Of a DNA stretch of 32,080 bases, positions 9,246-16,980 are shown piece by piece (within the stretch, counting starts at the first letter, position 1; the number at the start of each line of letters is the position of its first letter). Below the pieces are notes generated by a model that saw nothing but the letters and a program-made list of their open reading frames with translations, made no database searches and was not told where the DNA came from. The translations under genes were made by a program, and so were the position numbers. The stretch lies in the IMG/VR virus record IMGVR_UViG_3300030108_003561, positions 1-32,080 of that record; one strand, written 5' to 3'. This stretch comes from a virus.

Positions 9246-9342
9246 ATCTGCTTTTTTTTGGCTTCATTGATTTGGCTTTTTTTCCGTTTTTCTTTTTTGG
9301 GCGACCCCTTTTAGAGCCGTAAGTTCCTTTTCCAAATGGCAT
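9229..9342 (-). CDS. Possible 37-aa extremely basic peptide (not in ORF track)
   Basis: Hand translation gives MPFGKGTYGSKRGRPKKKNGKKAKSMKPKKSRFGRKK. AGAGG lies 6 nt upstream of the ATG. The ORF overlaps the TTG start of the ParB-like gene. Confidence 0.35.
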   Translation of the reverse strand: MPFGKGTYGSKRGRPKKKNGKKAKSMKPKKSRFGRKK

Positions 9343-9410
9343 TTTTGACCTCTTTTTTATTAAGGTCTAATTTATAAACGCTTTTTAAACTATTAAAAGC
9401 AATAATTTTA

Positions 9411-9629
9411 TTATGCTATTTTTAAAATCTCAACAACTTCAGGCTCTCTATCTTTATATTGATTAAGCCTAGATTTAATATCTTTCATTAAATCTTTTTT
9501 ACTGCTGCCAACTGCATTTACATACATAAATCCGTTTTCTGTCTCAACTTTTATTTCAGCGTGCCATTTATAAGAATGATTTACTTTAGGTATTTCCGAT
9601 TGTTTTTGTTTTTTCATATATCCTTCCAT
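9411..9629 (-). CDS. Hypothetical protein
   Basis: 72-aa ORF on the coding strand. No recognisable motif. Confidence 0.6.
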   Translation of the reverse strand: MEGYMKKQKQSEIPKVNHSYKWHAEIKVETENGFMYVNAVGSSKKDLMKDIKSRLNQYKDREPEVVEILKIA

Positions 9630-9840
9630 TTATTTCTGCTATTGCATTTATTAATTCCCAAGTGCAAAACTCTTGATTTCCTGTTTTCTTCATTAAATCA
9701 CAAAATTCTTCATAAGAAATTATTGTAACAATTCCAAAATCATCTAAATCATTTTCCATACTCACGCCCTGGAAATTTTTTACAGCAATCATTGCAAAGC
9801 CAGCGACCTTCTTCTTTATTAGCAATAGTAACCCAGCCAT
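9586..9840 (-). CDS. Hypothetical protein (start uncertain; internal ATG at 9759 possible)
   Basis: 84-aa ORF with no clear RBS at 9840. Confidence 0.5.
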   Translation of the reverse strand: MAGLLLLIKKKVAGFAMIAVKNFQGVSMENDLDDFGIVTIISYEEFCDLMKKTGNQEFCTWELINAIAEINGRIYEKTKTIGNT

Positions 9841-9881
9841 AGCATTGCTCGCATTGAATTTTATTATTTTTAATTATGGGC

Positions 9882-11033
9882 CTATCTATCATTAAATAAT
9901 TTTTTCTTGATCTGTGTTGCTATGATTCTAACAATAGAAACAGTGACTGCGTTTCCAGCTTGCCTGTATCTTTGCCTATCTGATATTTCAATAATTTCAT
10001 TATCTAATATACCAAATTTATTCCAATTGTCCGAAAATCCTTGCAATCTATTGCATTCTACTGGAGTTAATCTTCTTATTCCAGTTTTAGAAATAGTAAC
10101 TTGATGATTAATTGTTTCTAATGTTTGAGATTTTTGCTTTCCTACTCTTCCTCTTCTTGTTTTAGATGTGGGCCGTTCTAAATTTATTGTATCACCTAAT
10201 CCAGCCTCAGCAAAACCTTTAGAATTTGGTTCAGATATTTTATACAATCCTGTTTTTGCTCCAAGACCTCCGCCCTCACTGTTTAAAGTTGATGATAATC
10301 CTTCAGGGTCATAAACTCTTCCCCAAATTGAATTATGGCCTTTTGTATCTATATTATCAATTTTTTTTAATTTAGCCTCAATCATTGTTCTTTTTCCGTC
10401 TGCTCCTTTATGGTAATTACTGTCGAGTCCTTTGACCAGCCTGTTTTTTTGTTTAAATCCATCTTGTCTAATGCTTCCATTGATTTTTCTGATAGGAAAT
10501 ATTTTTGCTCTACCTCTTCTTCCAAAATATCCAACAATATAAATCCGCTCTCTATGCTGAGGGAGTACGATGCTAGAATTAAAAACTTGGCACTCAATGG
10601 TATAACCAAGCTCGGCAAGTGAATTAAAGATGATAGCAAACGTTCGTCCATCATCGTGACTAAGTAAGCCTTTAACATTTTCGAGTAAAAAACAGGGGAT
10701 TGGCTTTTGATTTCTGATGAAATATCGCAGAATCCGTATAATTTCAAAAAATAAGGTACCTCTGCTGTCATAAAATCCTTTTCTTTTTCCGCTTTGTGAA
10801 AAGCTTTGACAGGGAAATCCCGCTGTAAGGATGTCAATGAAAGCTGGCAAATCTCTTTTTGGCTGAATAGATTTAATGTCTCCAAGATTTATTGCATCCT
10901 TGTAATTATATTTATAAACAGCATTTGCATATTTATCAACATCGCTATACCCAACCCAATCAAATTTAAAGCCAGCTTTTTCAAACCCTTTATGAAATCC
11001 TCCAACGCCACTAAATAAATCCAATAGTTTCAT
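9882..11033 (-). CDS. DNA (cytosine-5)-methyltransferase
   Basis: All conserved C5-MTase motifs are present in order: I LFSGVGGF, IV GFPCQSFSQSG, VI ENVKGL, VIII QHRERIYIVG, IX RRLTPVECNRLQGF and X YRQAGNAVTV. No adjacent restriction endonuclease was recognised, so it appears to be an orphan methylase. Confidence 0.95.
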   Translation of the reverse strand: MKLLDLFSGVGGFHKGFEKAGFKFDWVGYSDVDKYANAVYKYNYKDAINLGDIKSIQPKRDLPAFIDILTAGFPCQSFSQSGKRKGFYDSRGTLFFEIIRILRYFIRNQKPIPCFLLENVKGLLSHDDGRTFAIIFNSLAELGYTIECQVFNSSIVLPQHRERIYIVGYFGRRGRAKIFPIRKINGSIRQDGFKQKNRLVKGLDSNYHKGADGKRTMIEAKLKKIDNIDTKGHNSIWGRVYDPEGLSSTLNSEGGGLGAKTGLYKISEPNSKGFAEAGLGDTINLERPTSKTRRGRVGKQKSQTLETINHQVTISKTGIRRLTPVECNRLQGFSDNWNKFGILDNEIIEISDRQRYRQAGNAVTVSIVRIIATQIKKKLFNDR

Positions 11034-11287
11034 TATTTATTTTCATAATATTCAGGGCTTTCCTCAATTATATCGTGCATTACCATTGTCATAAATTCAA
11101 TAAATTTTTCTTTATTTCCGATATGAAATAATGCAAAATCAACAACTGTAATGACAATTCCAGCAATTACATCAATTGAATGAAATCCCTTTTTTTCCCA
11201 TTTCATAGATTGCTTTGAATGTGATATAAAATCATGCACATCTTTTCTAACTTTATTATAGTTTTTATTATTTGCTTTTATTTTCAT
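11033..11287 (-). CDS. Hypothetical protein
   Basis: 84-aa ORF with a TAATG junction to the methylase gene. Confidence 0.6.
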   Translation of the reverse strand: MKIKANNKNYNKVRKDVHDFISHSKQSMKWEKKGFHSIDVIAGIVITVVDFALFHIGNKEKFIEFMTMVMHDIIEESPEYYENK

Positions 11288-11694
11288 TTTTTATCCCCTT
11301 TATAGTTATTTATTAAATTATCTAATTCTTTTTCTGTTATTTTACCTTTTTGTAAATCTACTCCCCATTTAAAAAGCATTGTTACTAATCCATCAGGAGA
11401 ATTTTGCTTTTTTAAATTATTATGCTCTTTTTCTGATTTTTCAACCCTATTATTAAATAATATGTTTTGAATTTCTCGCATTTTAGGCAGCCGTCCAGCC
11501 ATTTGGCCGTTGGGTAGCTCGCAACTATAGATAATATCATTCCAAGACTTTTTAACAGTATCTTCACTATATTTCATTAATAATTTACAAAATTCATTAA
11601 ATAATGATTGATTATTGCCTTTTATTTCTAAATAATCAAATAAATCATTTACATAAAATTCAGCTTGCTCTGAATTGCATTTTTTCTCGCTCAT
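11284..11694 (-). CDS. Hypothetical protein
   Basis: 136-aa ORF on the coding strand. No recognisable motif. Confidence 0.6.
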   Translation of the reverse strand: MSEKKCNSEQAEFYVNDLFDYLEIKGNNQSLFNEFCKLLMKYSEDTVKKSWNDIIYSCELPNGQMAGRLPKMREIQNILFNNRVEKSEKEHNNLKKQNSPDGLVTMLFKWGVDLQKGKITEKELDNLINNYKGDKK

Positions 11695-12310
11695 TCTTTA
11701 CCCCCTTTTTAAAATCATTGCTTCTATTATACCAAGTTTGTAATCGCCTAGAAATTTCAAAAGTCTGCTGTAATTCAAACTTCATTTTTGTTTCTGATTT
11801 ATTCAATTCAGACCAATAATTAACAAATTTCTGCACTTCAGGTTCTGATATAGGTATTTTTTTATCAATAACAGAATCTTTTACATCATTTTTAAATTTA
11901 TTGTACCTTACTTCTAATTTATCTTTAACTTGTTCTTGTTCTTGTTCTTTAAGAGTTATCAAAGCCTTAGGTAAAGCCTTTAATAAATCTTTTTCTTTTA
12001 ATCTTTTAATTACAGAAATATGAGGTTTAGAATTTTCTCTAAGAACACCATATTGATATTTAATAAAAGATGGTATAAAAAACTGATTTTCCTCAATTTG
12101 AACAATTTTCTCCTTTATTGATTCAGGAAGTCTTTTATAATCGTCAATATCTGTTTTTATAAAAAATTGCATTGCTTCCCAATCTGCGTCAAAAATTCCA
12201 GCGTGGTCACATTTAGTAAGTATATAAACCCAAATTAATTTTTCATCAGGATTTAATTTTCTAAACCAAATTTTATCCCACATTTTAGTATCTATGAATC
12301 TTTTGGCCAT
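11660..12310 (-). CDS. Replication initiation / replisome-organiser-like protein (tentative)
   Basis: The N-terminus FIDTKMWDKIWFRKLNPDEKLIWVYILTKCDHAGIF resembles the N-terminal domain of phage replisome organiser / replication proteins. A GGGGG RBS precedes the start. Confidence 0.4.
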   Translation of the reverse strand: MAKRFIDTKMWDKIWFRKLNPDEKLIWVYILTKCDHAGIFDADWEAMQFFIKTDIDDYKRLPESIKEKIVQIEENQFFIPSFIKYQYGVLRENSKPHISVIKRLKEKDLLKALPKALITLKEQEQEQVKDKLEVRYNKFKNDVKDSVIDKKIPISEPEVQKFVNYWSELNKSETKMKFELQQTFEISRRLQTWYNRSNDFKKGVKNEREKMQFRAS

Positions 12311-12357
12311 GAATTCCCCCTTTTTTTATTTTTTTTGTTGATCTACAAAATAATTAA

Positions 12358-12618
12358 TTAATTTTCGCATAATGGACAGATTTCTCTCTTTTTACCTATG
12401 GTGGGAATATGATTTTTTGGATAATATTCCCACTCACGGTTCATCATTTTGCGATTTCTCTGCCAAATTCTTTTGCATTTTTTACAAAATCTAATTGTGT
12501 CATCAATTCGATGATGCAATCTTTCATAATTAGCAGATTTTTTCTTTTTACCGATTGATTGCTCGGCTCTTTCATTGTCTGTGACTTCTAATATCCAGCT
12601 AATTATTGGCTTCTTCAT
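12358..12618 (-). CDS. Zinc-ribbon protein of unknown function
   Basis: 86 aa with CKKC ... CPLC cysteine pairs. Confidence 0.6.
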   Translation of the reverse strand: MKKPIISWILEVTDNERAEQSIGKKKKSANYERLHHRIDDTIRFCKKCKRIWQRNRKMMNREWEYYPKNHIPTIGKKREICPLCEN

Positions 12619-12973
12619 AGGCCCGCACCTTTTCTTGAAGTTCCATAATCTGAGAAATTAAATATAGAAAGTCTTCCAGCCTTAGCCAAGAAAACCAATC
12701 TCCTTTAAATTTGGCAATTAATAAGCCTGATTTCCCTAGTGGCTGGTCATTTTCTATTTGTTTCATCCATTTAGGAATTTGAAGGGTATTAGTATTCTTG
12801 ATTTCTATATGAAAGTCATATAAAGGATTTGAATTATCAATATCTATAATGTCGCCTTTTATTGATAATCCCCCTGAATTAGGTGTGCGTTTAAAATTAG
12901 TTCCTAAATAGCGATTTATTTTTTTAACCACTTGTAATTCTCCACGCTTACCTTTGGCATTGGAATTTATCAT
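12599..12973 (-). CDS. Holliday-junction resolvase-like PD-(D/E)xK nuclease (tentative)
   Basis: KGKRGELQVVKKI...RTPNSGG...KGDIIDID...FHIEIKN follows the KG..fE...R.p.SG...D...iE.K layout of the small phage/archaeal resolvases. Confidence 0.5.
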   Translation of the reverse strand: MINSNAKGKRGELQVVKKINRYLGTNFKRTPNSGGLSIKGDIIDIDNSNPLYDFHIEIKNTNTLQIPKWMKQIENDQPLGKSGLLIAKFKGDWFSWLRLEDFLYLISQIMELQEKVRAYEEANN

Positions 12974-13479
12974 CAGAACAATTCCTCTATTTTATCTTGA
13001 ATTGCTAAATCATTGTTTTTGATTTTATCGCACATGTCTTTATGCAATGTCAAAACAGTATTTGTTAGGCTTTCCAATCTTGTAATGTCACCATCTACAA
13101 AATTAACTGCAATTTTCATGCCCGCCCAAACCATTATGTCAATTTTGGTATCATTTTGACTTGATTTCATTATTTCATCTAATGGCTTGTTTGAAGATAT
13201 TGAGGAAACATTCCAATTGTGTTTATACATATTGTCAGAATCATCTTCATCGATAACTTTTAAAATATCTCCAACCGCATATTTTTTTAATTCATCATGC
13301 AATCCATAATCAGCAAAAAAGTTTTTATTGATATCATTATGTTTTACACCATAAAGATACCAATTGTATTTTTTACCTTGAGGATTTTCACTCTGGCCTG
13401 TTTTGGGTTTATCAAACATAATCTCAATTTCATATGCTTTTCCCTTTTCAAACTCTAGTTTTGGTATTTCCATTTTCAT
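12973..13479 (-). CDS. Hypothetical protein (weak SSB-like hints only)
   Basis: 168-aa ORF with an AGGAG RBS. The C-terminus ends in an acidic stretch plus a terminal Phe (DKIEELF), reminiscent of SSB tails. No firm motif. Confidence 0.55.
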   Translation of the reverse strand: MKMEIPKLEFEKGKAYEIEIMFDKPKTGQSENPQGKKYNWYLYGVKHNDINKNFFADYGLHDELKKYAVGDILKVIDEDDSDNMYKHNWNVSSISSNKPLDEIMKSSQNDTKIDIMVWAGMKIAVNFVDGDITRLESLTNTVLTLHKDMCDKIKNNDLAIQDKIEELF

Positions 13480-13480
13480 T

Positions 13481-13624
13481 TTACATACTCCTTTTTATTA
13501 ATTGAAAAATAAATGATATAAATACCGCTGTTCCAGCAATAATAATGTATATTTTGGCAAATGATTCAAATTTATCCATAATATAATTTAATAAATCATC
13601 TATTTGGTTGTTTGTTTTTTTCAT
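13481..13624 (-). CDS. Small membrane protein, 47 aa (not in ORF track)
   Basis: Hand translation gives MKKTNNQIDDLLNYIMDKFESFAKIYIIIAGTAVFISFIFQLIKRSM. There is one clear TM segment and an AAGAGGT RBS. Confidence 0.5.
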   Translation of the reverse strand: MKKTNNQIDDLLNYIMDKFESFAKIYIIIAGTAVFISFIFQLIKRSM

Positions 13625-13650
13625 TTTCTTACCTCTTTTTTAATTATTTA

Positions 13651-13706
13651 GGGTGACATCAGGATTTTGCGGAATCCAATTCATGACGTTATAATAATGC
13701 CACCCC
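13651..13706 (-). other. GC-rich two-tier hairpin element, copy 1
   Basis: On the minus strand: GGGGUGGC-(41 nt with inner GGAUU/AAUCC stem)-GUCACCC. Its 5' arm and flank (plus-strand 13693-13710) match 15/18 nt with 15921-15938. Confidence 0.45.
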
Positions 13707-13712
13707 TTATTT

Positions 13713-14027
13713 TTATCTAATATGCTTTTTTTCGTCAAATTTTGGCGGTTCTTCATCCAGCCAACTTCTAAATGTTTGCGGATTATCGCTAAACATTTTT
13801 ACTTGCTTATTTTCATCAGAATTTATATCTAAATAATAGCTGGCATATTGACCACCATCTTTTGGAAAATGATAATCAGTCTTTATTTTTAAACCTTCTT
13901 GCTTAAGTTCAAAAATCACCGCTGCCAACCGATAATGATTGTAAAGTACAATGGCTTCTCTTGGAGTTATTTTTTTTCCTGATTCCAAATGCTCTTTTAT
14001 TTTTTGTTTTTTTGTTTTTTTTGGCAT
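13713..14027 (-). CDS. Helix-turn-helix DNA-binding protein (HTH_39-like)
   Basis: ITPREAIVLYNHYRLAAVIFELKQEGLKIKT...GGQYASYYL fits the it..eA...RLaarI.eLr..G..I.t...g..ya.Y.L winged-helix pattern. Confidence 0.55.
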   Translation of the reverse strand: MPKKTKKQKIKEHLESGKKITPREAIVLYNHYRLAAVIFELKQEGLKIKTDYHFPKDGGQYASYYLDINSDENKQVKMFSDNPQTFRSWLDEEPPKFDEKKHIR

Positions 14028-14042
14028 GATCTACTTCTCCTT

Positions 14043-14258
14043 TTATTTATATCCTAATTCATTTTGCTCAAATGCATCTAATTCTAAGATAATTTCTTCA
14101 GTTTTCTTGCTTAATGCATTCATTTCGGCTCTTAATATATCATAACTATAGTCATCATTTGTCTCTGTATAATTATATATACATCTGATAAAACTAGAAA
14201 GCTGGCGATATTTATCCTCCAGCTTTTTATATTTATCTAAGTTTAGTGGTGCAATCAT
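14043..14258 (-). CDS. Hypothetical protein
   Basis: 71-aa ORF with a GGGGG RBS. Confidence 0.6.
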   Translation of the reverse strand: MIAPLNLDKYKKLEDKYRQLSSFIRCIYNYTETNDDYSYDILRAEMNALSKKTEEIILELDAFEQNELGYK

Positions 14259-14334
14259 TGCTCCCCCTTATTTTTTGGTTAAGATGCCTGAAATTAATCA
14301 GGCATTTCGGCCATATAGGCCTCATCAGTTAACC

Positions 14335-14763
14335 TTACTTTCTATTTGTCCCAATCTTTTCAACAACCTTTTTTGCGTTAAATCTCATATTGATTGAATC
14401 AATTGGAAATTTATAGCTCGCTTTTGTATCTTGATTTGTAGCTAAAACAGGGAATTTTCTGCTTCTAGGCTTAAATCCATCTACAATGTAATCAACTCCA
14501 TTGTAATCAAATTTAAATCCCAGCGGAAATTCGCATCCATACATTTCAGCTAAGGATAAAAAGTCCCTAGATTCTTTTGTATGAGTTTTTCCATCAATAA
14601 CCAAGCTTGCATCTATTTTTGCGGAAAATCCTAGTGATTCGTAGCTAATCCTTCCGATTTTAAAATCAACATTATAGTTTTCCGATACCCTAGCAAGGGC
14701 CTCGTTTATTGCGATTCTCATTTCAGTTAGGTTATTCTTATCGAATGACTCTATTTTTTTCAT
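14335..14763 (-). CDS. Hypothetical protein
   Basis: 142-aa ORF on the coding strand. No recognisable motif. Confidence 0.65.
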   Translation of the reverse strand: MKKIESFDKNNLTEMRIAINEALARVSENYNVDFKIGRISYESLGFSAKIDASLVIDGKTHTKESRDFLSLAEMYGCEFPLGFKFDYNGVDYIVDGFKPRSRKFPVLATNQDTKASYKFPIDSINMRFNAKKVVEKIGTNRK

Positions 14764-14768
14764 TTTGT

Positions 14769-15089
14769 TTATCTCCTTTTTTTATTAAAAAAATTATCTA
14801 TATAATCGTCAAGAATATATTCAGCCTCTTTTGATTTTCCCCCGATATTCCAATCAGTAATGTTTTCAATATCTTGACCTTCATTTCCTAAAAATGCTTT
14901 ACCATTTTTCCAATTATATAGTGTTACAATAATATTGTCTATTTCAAAGGCCCACTCAGCATCGACTTTATCTCCTTCGCCACCTAAATAATGAGGATTG
15001 CCAAAGCATTCTACTAAATCCGAAAATTTAATTGTTAAATATCCTACTAAATGAGTTCCTGAAATATTATCTGTTGGTTTTATATTCAT
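14769..15089 (-). CDS. Hypothetical protein
   Basis: 106-aa ORF on the coding strand. No recognisable motif. Confidence 0.65.
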   Translation of the reverse strand: MNIKPTDNISGTHLVGYLTIKFSDLVECFGNPHYLGGEGDKVDAEWAFEIDNIIVTLYNWKNGKAFLGNEGQDIENITDWNIGGKSKEAEYILDDYIDNFFNKKRR

Positions 15090-15277
15090 TATACTTCCCC
15101 CCGAATTATATCATAAATTGAGTCTTTTAATTCATCTATTTGATTATCAATTATTCTTAGCTCATCAGGCTCAGAATCGCATTCATAAAAGCTTTCCCAA
15201 AACCTGTCTTCAAGAATCTCAAATAAATTAACAAGCCTAGCAATTTTCTTTTTTTTATTTTTTATTTGATATTCCAT
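15089..15277 (-). CDS. Hypothetical acidic protein
   Basis: 62-aa ORF with single-base start/stop overlaps on both sides. Confidence 0.6.
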   Translation of the reverse strand: MEYQIKNKKKKIARLVNLFEILEDRFWESFYECDSEPDELRIIDNQIDELKDSIYDIIRGEV

Positions 15278-15789
15278 TATATTTTCCCTTTCATGTATGA
15301 TGCATATTTTTCCATCTCTTTTATTTGGTATTCAATTTCATCAAGGGTATTTTGAAATGTTTCATCAGTAGATGCATATTGAAATAATTCATAAACTTTT
15401 ACAATATTAAAGCTTATGAAAAATGTTCCATCGTCAAAAAAAGGCTCATACATATCATTATTAATTAATCCAGCGTTCTGCAATTTATTAACTTCTGATT
15501 TGCCAACATTATAAACCTCACGAAGGCCCTTATAACTATCATTGTTTTTTGTATCATCCCCCAAATAAACCTCGATTGGAAAATAAGCATTAGAATCCTT
15601 TTCCATCAATTTTCTTAATTTATTTAAAGTTTCCATTTTTGATTCTTGGTCAAATCTAAATAGCATGAAATCATCATTTTCAAGATTATCATTAATGCAA
15701 AAAAAATCAGAAACAATGTCAGCAAGCTTATTTTTTTCAATCCTATATTGAAGAGTTTTTATGCTTTTATTTTCTAATAGTGTTTTCAT
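15277..15789 (-). CDS. Hypothetical acidic protein; first gene after the main intergenic region
   Basis: 170-aa ORF with an AAGGA RBS. By eye there are about 31 D/E against about 22 K/R. Confidence 0.65.
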   Translation of the reverse strand: MKTLLENKSIKTLQYRIEKNKLADIVSDFFCINDNLENDDFMLFRFDQESKMETLNKLRKLMEKDSNAYFPIEVYLGDDTKNNDSYKGLREVYNVGKSEVNKLQNAGLINNDMYEPFFDDGTFFISFNIVKVYELFQYASTDETFQNTLDEIEYQIKEMEKYASYMKGKI

Positions 15790-15843
15790 TTTATATCCTT
15801 TTTTTATTGTTGTTTATCATATTGTAAACTAAGGATATTTTTT

Positions 15844-15869
15844 AAAAAATCAAAGCCTTACCTAAGGCT
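15844..15869 (-). terminator. Intrinsic terminator candidate after the last tail gene
   Basis: On the minus strand: AGCCTTAGGTAAGGCT (6-bp stem with tetraloop) followed by TTGATTTTTT. Confidence 0.5.
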
Positions 15870-15880
15870 ATAGAGGGGGA

Positions 15881-15934
15881 GGGGTGGTGAGGTATATGTG
15901 ATAAACAAGAAGGATATACGAAGAATACCACCCC
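15881..15934 (-). other. GC-rich two-tier hairpin element, copy 2
   Basis: On the minus strand: GGGGTGGT-attcttc-GTATAT-(16 nt)-ATATAC-ctc-ACCACCCC. It is a conspicuous G/C island in the only large intergenic gap (15790-15990). Confidence 0.5.
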
Positions 15935-15990
15935 TAATATAATTTGCTCTTGAGATGGTTTAATTTAAGATCAATAAATCAATTAAAAAA

Positions 15991-16980
15991 CTAAAATTCC
16001 TCAACAAATGACAAATCTGTTGACCATTGCCTGTGAGCAACTTGATTAAATGATATTGTATTATCTAATCGACACCATAGAAATCCGTCGTCAATATCCG
16101 CATTATCTTTGTCATATTGCAATATTAAAGGAAACATTCCGCCATTTGTAAGCCAAACTATCTTATTCAATATAGAATCATCAGTTTGTTGGCTTGGAGT
16201 TCTATATAAATCTGATATATAAACATCGGAATCATCAAGAAAACTAAATGAAATATCTAGTTTTATTCTTCCGCTTTTTACTGGCTGCTGAGTATGAATT
16301 GAAAAGGGCCTTGCAACATTCCAGTCTGAATTTGATAGATGCGTCGCATGAGCATATTTTTGACCGCCTAAGCTTTCATTTATTTTTAATCCATTAAATA
16401 AAATTGTTTTTTTAATATCTAAATCAGGAGAGCGTGGGAAATCGTAGGTGGTCCCCCATAAAATACAACCGATTTTAATATCTTCATCATAATTACCAGT
16501 TACTGCATCAATTACCAGTTTTTGATATCTATTATCTGTGCTTTGGCTAAATGTGATTAATGACCAGCCATCATTTGCTGGCACAGCATAATTTGAACTT
16601 ATTGCTCCATTACATACATTTGTCATTGTTGGAGTTTTTGGAGAGCCAAAATCTGATGCATCATCAGTCATTATTTTAAATTTAGCATCTGCTGTTTTAA
16701 AATTATGGCCCAAAATAGCCACAAACAGTGGTTCATTTAACAGAAATCCATCATCATCAAGGTTTGTATCAATAATTATATTTTGCGTAGTATTTCCGCC
16801 ATTTCCGCCAATTGTTATTGTATTGTTTGGTTTATTGTCAAATAATTGAATTATTGATGATGCCGTTGATAATATTCCGCTACCAGTAATTTGGTCAGTG
16901 CCTGGAATAATTCCTTTTTCTAATAAAGGTTGAATTATGTCAATATATGCTCTTGGTGTTTTAAATCTTTGATAAGCCAT
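15991..16980 (-). CDS. Tail tip/baseplate-associated protein (putative)
   Basis: 329 aa, the last gene of the tail operon, with a single-base overlap to the 991-aa tail protein. The call is by position only. Confidence 0.45.
   Translation of the reverse strand: MAYQRFKTPRAYIDIIQPLLEKGIIPGTDQITGSGILSTASSIIQLFDNKPNNTITIGGNGGNTTQNIIIDTNLDDDGFLLNEPLFVAILGHNFKTADAKFKIMTDDASDFGSPKTPTMTNVCNGAISSNYAVPANDGWSLITFSQSTDNRYQKLVIDAVTGNYDEDIKIGCILWGTTYDFPRSPDLDIKKTILFNGLKINESLGGQKYAHATHLSNSDWNVARPFSIHTQQPVKSGRIKLDISFSFLDDSDVYISDLYRTPSQQTDDSILNKIVWLTNGGMFPLILQYDKDNADIDDGFLWCRLDNTISFNQVAHRQWSTDLSFVEEF

Noticed and set aside
10382-10885. 167-aa same-strand alternative-frame ORF inside the methyltransferase gene. 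Likewise 6600-6845 and 6887-7132 inside terL, and 27127-27318 across the 26946-27263 start.
   Set aside because: The overlapping primary frames carry complete catalytic motif sets (C5-MTase, terminase). The alternative frames have no motifs and odd composition.
13646-13690. 14-codon mini-ORF (MNWIPQNPDVTLNN) inside the 13.7-kb hairpin element
   Set aside because: It is too short, has no RBS, and is better explained as part of the structured non-coding element.
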